A stretch of 49,794 bases of DNA from the NCBI GenBank assembly GCA_945949405.1, contig CAMFEP010000002.1, forward strand, positions 1 through 49,794. The letters are read 5' to 3'. Made by a program: the position numbers and the translations under genes. The DNA is from Kiritimatiellales bacterium (GTDB taxonomy: Bacteria; Verrucomicrobiota; Kiritimatiellia; UBA8416; JAIOPI01). Below are positions 7,409 to 17,200 of the stretch, piece after piece. Under the pieces are notes generated by a model. The model made no database searches. It worked only from the letters and a program-made list of their open reading frames with translations, and was not told where the DNA came from. Within the stretch, counting starts at the first letter, position 1. The number at the start of each line of letters is the position of its first letter.

Positions 7409-8830
7409 TTACCGCACCTTGCCGAGAAAATGCGTGGCGTGGCCGGTGAAAGACTCCGCGGCTTCCATCGACGTCTCGGACAACGTCGGATGCGCATGAA
7501 TCGTCAGCGCCAAATCCTCCGCCACCGCGCCCATCTCCACCGCCAGCGTCCCCTCGGCGATCAATTCACCCGCGCCATGGCCGGCAATCCCCATGCCCAG
7601 CACGCGCCCGCTGGCCTCATCGATGATGATCTTGGTCAAGCCGTCGTTGCGCCCCAGCGTCGTCGCGCGCCCTGATGCCCCCCATGGAAACTTGGCCACC
7701 TTCACCGCGATGCCCTTTTGCTGCGCTTCAATTTCCGTGAGCCCGCACCAGGCAATTTCAGGATCGGTAAAAACCACCGCGGGAATCGCCGCCGGATCGT
7801 AAACCGTCTTCTTCCCCGCCAGCGCATCCGCCGCCACGTGCGCTTCGTGCGTGCCCTTGTGCGCCAGCATCGGCTGCCCCGCCACGTCCCCAATCGCGAA
7901 AATCGACGGCTCATCCGTGCGGCGCTGCGGATCGACCACAATGAACCCCTTGGCGTCCACCTTCACACGCGTCTTTTCCAAACCCAGATTCTCCGTGTTC
8001 GGCCGCCGCCCCACGGAAATCAACACCCGGTCGAAAAGCTCTTCGAATCGCTTGCCGTCCTTGCTCTCCATCACCACGCGCACGGCGCTGCCCGTGTCCT
8101 GAATCTCCAGCACCTTCGTCTCCAGCCAGATGGACGCGAATTGCTTCTTGAGCTTTTGAATCAACACCTGCGCCAGATCGCGGTCCGCGCCCGTCAACAA
8201 TTGCGGCAGCATCTCCACCACGCAGACGCTGGATCCAAATGTGCTGTAGGCCTGGCCCAGCTCGAGCCCGATATACCCGCCGCCCACCACCAGCATCCGC
8301 TTGGGAATGTCCGCCAGCGCCAGCGCGCCCGTCGAATCCATCACGCGCGGCGAATCCGGCGCAATCGGAATTTTCACCGGACGCGACCCCGTCGCGATCA
8401 CGGCATGCTCAAATTGAATGCGGCGCGTCTCGCCCTGCACGGTCTGCACCGTCAGCGTATGCGCATCCTCGAAGACCGCCCGCCCCTGCACCGGCGTGAC
8501 CTTGCGCGCCAGACGCAACTGCGCCAGCCCGCCGGTCATCTTGGCGATCACCGAATCTTTCCAGGCCCGCAGCTTGTCCACGTCGAGCTTCGGCGCCCCC
8601 AGCGTCAGGCCAAATGCCTCCGCCTCATGCGCGGCATTGATGACCTCCGCCACATGCAGCAATGCCTTGGAGGGAATGCAGCCGCGATAGAGACACACAC
8701 CACCCGGATTGATTTCCGGATCGATCAGCACCACCTTCATGCCGTGGTCCGCCGCCGCAAATGCCGCCGGATACCCCGCCGGCCCCGCCCCAATCACGGC
8801 CACTTGTGTGGTAATGGTTTCCATGTGCAT
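7409..8830 (-). CDS. lpdA: Dihydrolipoyl dehydrogenase (E3)
   Basis: 473 aa. VIGAGPAGY FAD fold, redox disulfide GGVCLYRGCIPSK, and the C-terminal HAHPTLSE interface motif. Last gene of the aceE-aceF-lpdA operon. Confidence 0.93.
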   Translation of the reverse strand: MHMETITTQVAVIGAGPAGYPAAFAAADHGMKVVLIDPEINPGGVCLYRGCIPSKALLHVAEVINAAHEAEAFGLTLGAPKLDVDKLRAWKDSVIAKMTGGLAQLRLARKVTPVQGRAVFEDAHTLTVQTVQGETRRIQFEHAVIATGSRPVKIPIAPDSPRVMDSTGALALADIPKRMLVVGGGYIGLELGQAYSTFGSSVCVVEMLPQLLTGADRDLAQVLIQKLKKQFASIWLETKVLEIQDTGSAVRVVMESKDGKRFEELFDRVLISVGRRPNTENLGLEKTRVKVDAKGFIVVDPQRRTDEPSIFAIGDVAGQPMLAHKGTHEAHVAADALAGKKTVYDPAAIPAVVFTDPEIAWCGLTEIEAQQKGIAVKVAKFPWGASGRATTLGRNDGLTKIIIDEASGRVLGMGIAGHGAGELIAEGTLAVEMGAVAEDLALTIHAHPTLSETSMEAAESFTGHATHFLGKVR

Positions 8831-8834
8831 TTCT

Positions 8835-8887
8835 TGTAGGGGCGTCGCTTGCGACGCCCGCGGGCGCCGGCCAGCGGCGCCCCTACA
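8835..8887. repeat. TGTAG-prefixed double GC hairpin, family E, in the aceF/lpdA spacer
   Basis: The ends TGTAGGGGCG / CGCCCCTACA are complementary over 10 bp. Inside are GGGCGTCGC-TT-GCGACGCCC (9-bp stem) and GGGCGCCG-GCCAG-CGGCGCCC (8-bp stem). Confidence 0.75.
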
Positions 8888-8898
8888 TTCGGCAACTC

Positions 8899-10557
8899 CT
8901 ACCCTTCCAACGACAACACCAGCGGCTCCGCCAATGCCTCAATGATCCATCCCAAAAACTTCACGCCATCCGCGCCATCGATGATCCGGTGATCAAACGA
9001 CAGTGACAGCGGCATCTTTTTGCGCAATTTTCCCGTGCGCGGATCGGTCTCGTCGAATGCCCGCCCGATGCCCAGAATCGCCACTTCGGGATAATTGATG
9101 ATCGGCGTAAAATACACGCCACAGGTCCGCCCCAGATTCGTGATCGTGAAGGTCCCGCCTTCCATGTCCGCCACCGTCACTTTGCCCGTGCGCGCCTTCT
9201 CCGCGATCTGCGCCAGCGCCGCCGCGATCTGGAGCATGTTCATGCGCTCCGTATCCTTGATCACCGGCACCATCAGCCCACGCTCGGTATCCACGGCCAC
9301 GCCGACGTTGCAATAACTCTTAAAGACAATCTCGCGCGTGGCCATGTCGATCGACGCATTAAATTTGGGGAACACCTTGAGCGCCTGCGCCACAACCTTG
9401 ATCACCATCACCGCCATCGTCAGCTTTCCGCCCGCCGCCTCGGCGCGCTCGGCGTAGCGTTTGCGCAATTCGTCCAGCTCGGTGATGTCCGCCGTGTCGA
9501 AAATCGTCACATGCGGAATTTGCGACCAGCTCAAGGCCATTTGCTCGGCGGTCTTGCGCCGGATGACGCTCATCTTCTCGCGCTTGATGTCGCCAAATTT
9601 TCCAAAATCCGGCAGCGGTGGCAGCGCCGCCACAGAAACCATTCCTCCCGCCGCCGCGGGCGCAGCCGCCCGCCCCTGAATCAGCGCCTTCGCAAACTGT
9701 TTGACGTCCTCCACGGATACACGTCCATACGGCCCGCTTCCGGAAACCTGATTGACGTCGACACCAATCTCCCGCGCAAACCGCCGCACCGACGGCGCCG
9801 CCGGAACGCGTTTACCCGTGGACGGCGGCGGCAATGCCATGGGGGCCGAGACGGCTTTCAGTGCGGATGCTGCGGGAGGGGCGCCGGCCACGGCGCCCTG
9901 CGGCATTGCGACGTGCGCAGGCATCGCGGGCTTCGCCGCCGCAGGAGCGATCCCCTGCCCTTCGTACACAAACACGACGCTGCCAACCGTAAGCTCGTCG
10001 CCCACCTTGGCGCGCACCTCTTTCACCACACCGCTGACCGACGATGGCACCTCCACGGTGGCCTTGTCCGTCTCCAACTCGAGCACGGCCTGATCCTTGG
10101 CCACGGTATCGCCCGCCTTCACGAACACCTTGACCACCTGGATGGTCTTGATGTTCTCGCCCAGTTCGGGAATCACAAATTCACCACGCGTGGGAACGCC
10201 GCTGGCCGCGGGCACCGCGGCGGGAGCTGCTTGCACCGTTGGAACGGGAGGGGCGTCGGCCTCGACGCCCTGCGCCGCCGCGGGAACCGGCACAGGCGTT
10301 GGAGCCGCAGGCGCCTGCACCGCCCCCTCCACCGTCAGCACGACATGCCCCACGCCGATCTCATCGCCCGGCTTGACGTGGATCGCACTGACTTTACCTG
10401 CCACGCTCGATGGCACCTCCATCGTGGCCTTGTCCGTTTCCAACTCCACGACCGGCTGATCCACCGCAATCGCATCGCCAACCGCGACCAGCACCTTGAC
10501 CACTTGGATGGTCTTGATGTTCTCGCCCAACTCGGGAATTTTAAAATCCGTCGCCAT
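8899..10557 (-). CDS. aceF: Dihydrolipoamide acetyltransferase (E2) with two lipoyl domains
   Basis: Two near-identical lipoyl domains (LETDKATMEVPS, LETDKATVEVPS). Ala/Pro linkers. A subunit-binding domain (PSVRRFAREIGVD). A catalytic domain with SFDHRIIDGA. Confidence 0.92.
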   Translation of the reverse strand: MATDFKIPELGENIKTIQVVKVLVAVGDAIAVDQPVVELETDKATMEVPSSVAGKVSAIHVKPGDEIGVGHVVLTVEGAVQAPAAPTPVPVPAAAQGVEADAPPVPTVQAAPAAVPAASGVPTRGEFVIPELGENIKTIQVVKVFVKAGDTVAKDQAVLELETDKATVEVPSSVSGVVKEVRAKVGDELTVGSVVFVYEGQGIAPAAAKPAMPAHVAMPQGAVAGAPPAASALKAVSAPMALPPPSTGKRVPAAPSVRRFAREIGVDVNQVSGSGPYGRVSVEDVKQFAKALIQGRAAAPAAAGGMVSVAALPPLPDFGKFGDIKREKMSVIRRKTAEQMALSWSQIPHVTIFDTADITELDELRKRYAERAEAAGGKLTMAVMVIKVVAQALKVFPKFNASIDMATREIVFKSYCNVGVAVDTERGLMVPVIKDTERMNMLQIAAALAQIAEKARTGKVTVADMEGGTFTITNLGRTCGVYFTPIINYPEVAILGIGRAFDETDPRTGKLRKKMPLSLSFDHRIIDGADGVKFLGWIIEALAEPLVLSLEG

Positions 10558-10568
10558 GGTCCCGTCCG

Positions 10569-10604
10569 AATTCGCGTTAATTGGCGTTCATTCGCGGTTT
10601 CCCC
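10569..10604. repeat. Dispersed repeat family D, in the aceE/aceF spacer
   Basis: The minus-strand reading GGGGAAACCGCGAATGAACGCCAATTAACGCGAATT begins 6 nt after the aceE stop. It matches 2033..2064 with a 21-nt identical core, in the same sense relative to transcription. Confidence 0.75.
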
Positions 10605-10610
10605 GCCCCT

Positions 10611-13289
10611 TTACACCGTCAGCGGATTCGGCGTTGCCGGATCGATTTCCAGATCCTTCAGCGCCTGTGCCCCCACCTCGGGCGCGAGTTCACCGTCGCG
10701 CACAAGCGCGGCGAGCGCGGCCAGCGTGATGTAGCGGGAATCCACTTCAAAAAACTTGCGCAACTCCGCGCGCCCGTCGCTGCGCCCGAACCCGTCCGTG
10801 CCAAGCACCGTGTAGCGCCCCGGAATCCAGCGGCCCACGGTTTCGGCCAGCGCCTTGATGTAATCCGAGGCGGATACCACCGGCCCCGCCCCATCGCGCA
10901 GGCACTGCGTCACATAGGGCACCCGCGCCGGCTGGTCGGGGTGGTGCAAATTCCAGCGGTCCACCTCGATGGCGTCCTTGTACAGTTCCTTGTAGCTCGT
11001 CACGGACCATACGTCCGCCGCCACGCCGTAGCGCTGCTCCAGCAACTCCGCGGCCTTGATCGCCTCGTTGAGGATCGCCCCGCTGCCGAGCAGGCGCGTG
11101 CGCTGGGTCGTCTGAGTCAGCGGCGAGGCGCGGAATCGGTACATGCCCCGCAGAATGCCCTCCGTACAGCCTTCCGGCATCGGCGGCTGCACGTAATTCT
11201 CATTCATCAGCGTCAGGTAATAAAAGACGTCGTCGCCCTTTTCGTACATGCGGTGCATGCCGTGCTGCATGATCACGGCCACCTCGTACGCATAGGCCGG
11301 GTCATAACACATCAGGTTGGGCACGGGCAGCGCGAGCACGTGGCTGTTGCCATCCTGATGCTGCAGGCCCTCGCCGGAAAGCGTCGTCCGCCCCGCCGTG
11401 GCGCCGAGCAGGAAACCTTTGCAGCGGCTGTCGGCCGCGAGCCACACGAGGTCGCCCACGCGCTGCATGCCGAACATCGAATAGTAAATGTAGAACGGGA
11501 TCGTGTTGATGCCGTGCACGGAGTAGGCGGTGCCTGCGGCGATGAACGAACTCATCGAACCGGCCTCCGTGATGCCCTCCTCCAGAATCTGCCCGTCGCG
11601 CGCTTCCTTATAGTAGAGCAGATTGTCCTTATCCACGGGCTCATAGAGCTGGCCCAGGTGCGAATAGATGCCGCACTGGCGGAACAGCGCCTCCATGCCG
11701 AACGTGCGCGCCTCGTCCGGCACGATCGGCACGATCAGCTTGCCGATCGCCGGGTCGCGCAACAGCTTGGTGAGCATGCGCACGAAGGCCATCGTCGTGG
11801 ACACCTCGCGATCCCCCGTGCCCGCCCAAAACTCCTTGAACATCTCGTCGCCCGGCGTCTTGAGACGCGACACCGGCGCGTGGCGCGTGGGCTGGTAGCC
11901 GCCGCCGAGCGCCTTGCGCCGCTCCTGCATGTAATGCATTTCCGGGGAATCGTCCGGGAACCGGTAGAATGGCAGGTCGTCGACATCCTGATCGGAAATC
12001 GGAATCTGGAAACGCGTGCGGAACGCCATCAGCTCGGTTTCATTGAGCTTCTTCTGCTGGTGCGTGATGTTCTTGCCTTCGCCGCTTTCGCCCAGCCCGT
12101 ACCCCTTGATGGTCTTGGCCAGAATCACCGTCGGCGCGCCGCGCGCCAGCGTCGCCGCCTTGTACGCCGCATACACCTTTTCCGGATCATGACCGCCCCG
12201 GCGCATCTTTTGCAGTTGTTCGTCGGAGAGATGTTTGACCATCTCCTGCAGGCGCGCATCCTTGCCAAAGAAATCCTGGCGGATGTAGGCGCCGCTTTCG
12301 ACGATGTACTTCTGATACTGGCCGTCGACGACCTCACCCATCCGGCGCACGAGCGCGCCTTCGGTGTCTTTCTCGATCAGCGGATCCCAGTCATTGCCCC
12401 ACACAACCTTGATCACATTCCACCCGGCGCCACGGAAGGCGGCTTCGAGTTCCTGGATGATCTTGCCGTTGCCGCGCACCGGGCCATCCAGCCGCTGCAG
12501 GTTGCAATTGATCACGAAAACCAGATTCTCAAGCTTCTCGCGCGCGGCCAGCGTGATCGCGCCCAGCGATTCCGGCTCATCGGTCTCACCGTCGCCGAGG
12601 AATGCCCAGATTTTCTGATCGGACGGCGCCTTGAGTCCGCGGTCTTCCAGATATTTGATGAACCGCGCATGGTAGATCGCGGTAATCGGCCCGAGGCCCA
12701 TCGACACCGTTGGGAAACACCAGAATTCCGGCATCAGCCACGGGTGCGGATAGGACGACAGGCCGGGGGTGGTGCTCAATTCCTGCCTGAAGTTTTTCAA
12801 ATGCTGATCCGAAAGGCGCCCCTCCAGAAACGCGCGCGAATAGATGCCCGGCGCCGCGTGCCCTTGAAAATACACGAGATCGCCCGGGTGGCTCTCCGTG
12901 CGCCCCCGGAAGAAATGGTTGAAGCCAACCTCATATAGCGTCGCCGCCGAGGCGTAGGTGGAAATATGCCCGCCAATGCCTTCTTTCTGACGGTTCGCAC
13001 GCACCACCATGGCCATGGCGTTCCAGCGTGCCACGTTCTTGATGCGCCGCTCCAGATCGCGGTTTCCCGGATAAGGCGGCTGCTCCGTGAAGGGGATGGA
13101 GTTAATATAGGGCGTGCTGGAGGATATCGGCATGCGCACCGCACGGTTATAGGCATGCAACGCAAGCTCGCGCAGCAACTGGCCCACGCGATCCTTGCCG
13201 CCCCGCTCGAGCACTTCATCGAGCGATTCCAGCCACTCACGCGTTTCCAACGCATCCGAAAGGGGGTCGTGGTCTTTGGCTTCAGCCAT
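10611..13289 (-). CDS. aceE: Pyruvate dehydrogenase E1 component, homodimeric type
   Basis: About 890 aa with AceE-type sequence throughout (ETREWLESL, GGHISTYASAATLYEVGFNHFF, GDGETDEPES). ATG 13289 (MAEAKDHDPL) has GGAG about 8 nt upstream; the ORF extends to 13328. Confidence 0.93.
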   Translation of the reverse strand: MAEAKDHDPLSDALETREWLESLDEVLERGGKDRVGQLLRELALHAYNRAVRMPISSSTPYINSIPFTEQPPYPGNRDLERRIKNVARWNAMAMVVRANRQKEGIGGHISTYASAATLYEVGFNHFFRGRTESHPGDLVYFQGHAAPGIYSRAFLEGRLSDQHLKNFRQELSTTPGLSSYPHPWLMPEFWCFPTVSMGLGPITAIYHARFIKYLEDRGLKAPSDQKIWAFLGDGETDEPESLGAITLAAREKLENLVFVINCNLQRLDGPVRGNGKIIQELEAAFRGAGWNVIKVVWGNDWDPLIEKDTEGALVRRMGEVVDGQYQKYIVESGAYIRQDFFGKDARLQEMVKHLSDEQLQKMRRGGHDPEKVYAAYKAATLARGAPTVILAKTIKGYGLGESGEGKNITHQQKKLNETELMAFRTRFQIPISDQDVDDLPFYRFPDDSPEMHYMQERRKALGGGYQPTRHAPVSRLKTPGDEMFKEFWAGTGDREVSTTMAFVRMLTKLLRDPAIGKLIVPIVPDEARTFGMEALFRQCGIYSHLGQLYEPVDKDNLLYYKEARDGQILEEGITEAGSMSSFIAAGTAYSVHGINTIPFYIYYSMFGMQRVGDLVWLAADSRCKGFLLGATAGRTTLSGEGLQHQDGNSHVLALPVPNLMCYDPAYAYEVAVIMQHGMHRMYEKGDDVFYYLTLMNENYVQPPMPEGCTEGILRGMYRFRASPLTQTTQRTRLLGSGAILNEAIKAAELLEQRYGVAADVWSVTSYKELYKDAIEVDRWNLHHPDQPARVPYVTQCLRDGAGPVVSASDYIKALAETVGRWIPGRYTVLGTDGFGRSDGRAELRKFFEVDSRYITLAALAALVRDGELAPEVGAQALKDLEIDPATPNPLTV

Positions 13290-13407
13290 GGGAATTCTCC
13301 ACCACCCGGCCACACCGTCAGACGGCACCGGGTTCGTTCACGCACAAAGGAATGGAGTATAAAGGGAAGCGTCGGAGCGGCAAGCCGAAAAGCCGGAAGG
13401 AAATGGC

Positions 13408-13432
13408 TGTAGGGGTTTCGCTTGCGAAGACC
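13408..13432. repeat. TGTAG-prefixed hairpin, family E (imperfect)
   Basis: TGTAGGGGTTTCGCTTGCGAAGACC has the same head and GC-TT-GC loop layout as 8835..8859. The stem has one G-T pair. Confidence 0.5.
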
Positions 13433-13568
13433 TGTTTCACAGATCCCCGAGCCCAGGATACAAGACCTCACCAGACGGGGTGCCGGTTGCCCCCGCTGAC
13501 GGGACCAGGCATGCCGCCTTTGTCCAGCAATTCGCAGACTTTATGCGCCAACGCGCTGACTCACGCCA

Positions 13569-13607
13569 AGAAAAAGGCCCCGCGCTGGACATCGCCATCG
13601 CGGGGCC
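13569..13607 (-). terminator. Rho-independent terminator after the EF-hand gene
   Basis: Minus strand reads GGCCCCGCG-ATGGCGATGTCCAG-CGCGGGGCC followed by TTTTTCTT. It starts 27 nt after the stop at 13634. Confidence 0.6.
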
Positions 13608-13633
13608 TTAGACCGTGCGCCGCCCGTTAGTCT

Positions 13634-14056
13634 TCAGGGCTTGTCGTCGCCGTCAGCATCGTCATCCGTCCCGGCTTCACTGGAATCGTCGCCTTCCGCA
13701 TGCTTGCCGCGGAATTCTTCCTTCATCCCCTTGCGCGCCTGGGACCGCTCCTCGTCCGACAACTCGCCATCGCCATCGGCGTCGTACTTCTCCACCATCT
13801 TCTTTTTGTCTTTGCGCGCCGCCTTCTTTTCGCTCTTGGACAGCTCCCCGTCGCCATCCTTGTCGTAGCGCTTCAGCATCATCTCCTGCTTGCGCTGCTT
13901 GTGATCCGCTTTCGCATCGCTCGCGGCCGCTTCCCCGCTGACCACCGCATTCGTGCTCCCCGCTTCGGCGGCAGACTCCTCGGCCCGCACCGTTCCCACC
14001 AAGGCCACCGTCATCACCGCGCCAGCCAGCAACCATCCATAGGTCATCTTGCTCAT
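13634..14056 (-). CDS. Secreted EF-hand calcium-binding protein
   Basis: Two canonical EF loops (DKDGDGELSKSE, DADGDGELSDEE). Signal-like N-terminus MSKMTYGWLLAGAVMTVALVGTVRA. ATG 14056 has AAGGA upstream; the ORF extends to 14128. Confidence 0.7.
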   Translation of the reverse strand: MSKMTYGWLLAGAVMTVALVGTVRAEESAAEAGSTNAVVSGEAAASDAKADHKQRKQEMMLKRYDKDGDGELSKSEKKAARKDKKKMVEKYDADGDGELSDEERSQARKGMKEEFRGKHAEGDDSSEAGTDDDADGDDKP

Positions 14057-14238
14057 TCGATTCCTTATCCTTCCGGCGGTTATTCGTTCCACCATCCCTC
14101 TGACGTCCAATTCCCGTATTCTATTCATCTATCCCTGATAAGGCAAAAAGAAGCGCGCGGCGGGGCGAACCTGCGTCACCATAATCGTTTCACCGCAATC
14201 ATAGGCATTCCCAGTCATTCCTGCTACACTCCGCAACC

Positions 14239-17200
14239 ATGAGCGCTCGCGATCCGTCCCTGCCCGCCCGTCGCAAACTCCCCCCCTCGCGCCTCGCCGT
14301 CTTGTGCGTGGCACTCGGCCTCTTCGGCCTCTGGCTGGCGCTCCACCTCAACCAGCTCACCGCCACCCAGGATGGCTGGATCCGCTTCGTCCTGACCTTC
14401 GCCTTTTGCCTGCTGCTCATGTTCCGCCCCAAGCCCGGCCACGCCCTGCCGTCCACCTTCCCCAGCGCCCACGCCTCCGTCCTCGTGGCCATTCCCGGCA
14501 CCGCCCTAGTCCTCATGGGCCTGATCATGGGCGTGCAACAGTCCGAGTGGATCGGCATCTTGCTCATCCTCTGGGGCTGCCTGCGCTGGAGCCTGCCCGC
14601 CGGCCACCGCCCGGACACCACCCTCGCCCTGCTCCTGCTCTATTGGGCCCACCCCATCCCCGGCCAGATCTTCGGCCCCCTGCAACTCGCCATGCAACAC
14701 CTCTCCGTACGCGGCACCGAATGGCTCCTGCTGGGCCTCGACGTGCGCGTCTGGGCCGACGGCCTGGTCCTGCGCACCGGCTTCAGCACCTACGAAGTCC
14801 CCACCTGGTGCAGCGGCATGCGCACCGCCACCACCGTCTTTCTCCTCGGCTGGGGCCTCGCCCTCCTGAACCGCTTCCGCCTGTGGGAATGCGCGCTGAC
14901 CGTGCTGGCCGCGCTGTTTCAGGCGCTGCTGCTGAACATCCTGCGCATCGCCACAATGGTCGTTTGCGTGCCGCGCCTCTTCGACATGTCCCAAATTGAA
15001 TATTTGCACGACACCGCCGGGCTGATCGTCCTTGCCGCCGTCTTCTTGGTCTACCTCGAAATCAACTTGTGGCGGCGCTGGCGCCAGAGCCTCAATGCCC
15101 CGCACGCGGACGGATACCTCGATCACCAGATCGAGCACCCGCCGGACTGGTGGCACCTGCGCCGCAGCCGTTGGGCAGTCATCTCCGTCGTCCTGTTCGT
15201 CGGCTGGCTCACGCTCACGCTCTACCGCAACGGCCCGCAAAATCGGCTCGCCGTCCTGAAGGATGTCGCCACCGCCTCCCACGACTCCGACGACCACGAG
15301 GAAGCCCTGCATCTCGCCCAGACCGTGCTCATCCACGATCCCGCCGATACGGAATGGCATCTGAAATCCATCCGCCTGCTCCTGACCCTGCGCCGCTACA
15401 ACGAGGTGCTCACGGAAACGGTGCGCGTGCGGCCGCTCGACGAAACCCAGATCCATGAACGCGATGTCCTGCGCGCCTATGCCCTGATGGCCCTCGAGCG
15501 CCTCGATGAAGCCGCCGCCATCGTGCAAATCCTGCCCGACGAAATTCGCCGCGCCAACCCGCGCGTGGCCATGATTCTCGCCGTAATGGCCTTCCGCCGC
15601 GACGACCCCGATGGCGTGGCCGACAACATCAAACTCGCGGCGCGCTGGAAACCCAACATGGACCGCGTCCGCCTCATGTACCCCTATCTGCGCAAGCACC
15701 GCAAATGGCAGGCCATCGCGGATACCGATTCACCCGAGCCCCATCGCAAACCGGAGTCGATTTTTTCGGCGATCGAAGCCTACATGAACCTCGACCAGGC
15801 CCCCAAGGTGGCAAGGCTCACCCTCCGCGCCGTGGCCACGTGGCCCGGGGACCCGCGCGTACTCGAGCCCTTGTTTTACATGGCCTCTAAGCGCCCCGGC
15901 TCGGACTGGGAAGCCCGCTTCCGCGAACAGCTGCGCCTCTGCGCGGACGGCTTGCGCTCCCCCGACGCAATCTATCCGCTCTTCGACAAATGCTTCGAGC
16001 TCGGCCGCCCCGATCTCGCCTGGTATCTGTACCGCCGCATCCACGCCCTCGACCCCACCCATCCCACCCTGCCGCTCTCCCTCGCGCGCTTCGGGAACCA
16101 GTGGTTTGCCTTCCGCCGCCGCTCGCTCGGCATCCCTTCGCCAACCCCCATGAACACCATCGATTTGAGCTCTGCCTACCAAGCTGGCCGCCTCTTCCCC
16201 GAATGGCGGTCGCTGCTGGATTGGATTCCCGAGGGCAACGCCATGGCCGCGCCCGTCCCCCAGTCGATGGCGGCCCGCCAACGCTTCCTCGATGCCGCCC
16301 TGCGCGAATTCGAAACGCGCGCCGCTCAGAGCACCCTCACCCCGCCGATGCGCTACCTCTACGCGCGCGCCTTGGAACTGGCAGGGCGGCGCATGGAAAG
16401 CCGCACCGCCCTGCGCCAAATCGCCACGGATGCCCCGGATGAATCGCGCACGGTGGACCTCGCGCTTTCGGAAATGTATGAACGCGCCGGTGACTGGCAG
16501 AACGTCTACGAAACCTTGCGCACCGCCATGGCCGACGTGAATACGGGCCTGACGCCCCTCCTGCGCTTCGGCCGCGCCACCGTAAACCTGCGGCTTAACG
16601 TGGCCGCCCTGCACACCGCCTGCGAAATTCACCGCCGCTATCCGCGCTCGGCCCAGGCCGACGCGCTCCTCGCCTCCGCCCTGCTCCAGACCGGCGCTCC
16701 CGACGAGGCCCTGTCGTTGATCGATCAACCGCGCCCGCGCCACATCCGCGAGCTCGACCTCTTGCGCGCCCAAGCCCTCTTCGTGACCCAACGCTTCACG
16801 GAAGCCGATGCCTTCTGCCACGCCGTCCTCCTCGCGCACCCGCCCGTGCATGCCGACACCCCGCAGCGCTTTGTGCTGCCACCCGCGGAGCTGTCGCATC
16901 TCTGGCACCAGGCCTATGTCCCCTCCGCCCCGCAATTCGAAAAAAATGCCGACGTGCTCCGCCAAAATCTCGCCGCATCCACCAATCCCTTCCTGAAGTC
17001 CATGATGACAGCCTGGCTCGCCTGCTACGCCGCCCGCGGTGCCAGCAACACCACCAGCCTCGCCAACTGGGAACAGACGGGCCGCGATCCCCTCGAACGC
17101 GCGGTGGCACTGAACCAGCTCACGCTCCTGCTCTGCCGCTTCGGACGCCTCGCCGATGCGCGCGATGCCGCCGTGCGCGCATCGGAACTGCTGCCGGAAT

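Noticed and set aside
10581-12938. 785-aa plus-strand ORF
   Set aside because: It is antisense to the clearly homologous aceE gene. It is Arg/His/Ala-rich, has low complexity and contains no recognisable motifs. This is a typical high-GC antisense artefact. The same applies to 9511..10734 and 7718..8839.
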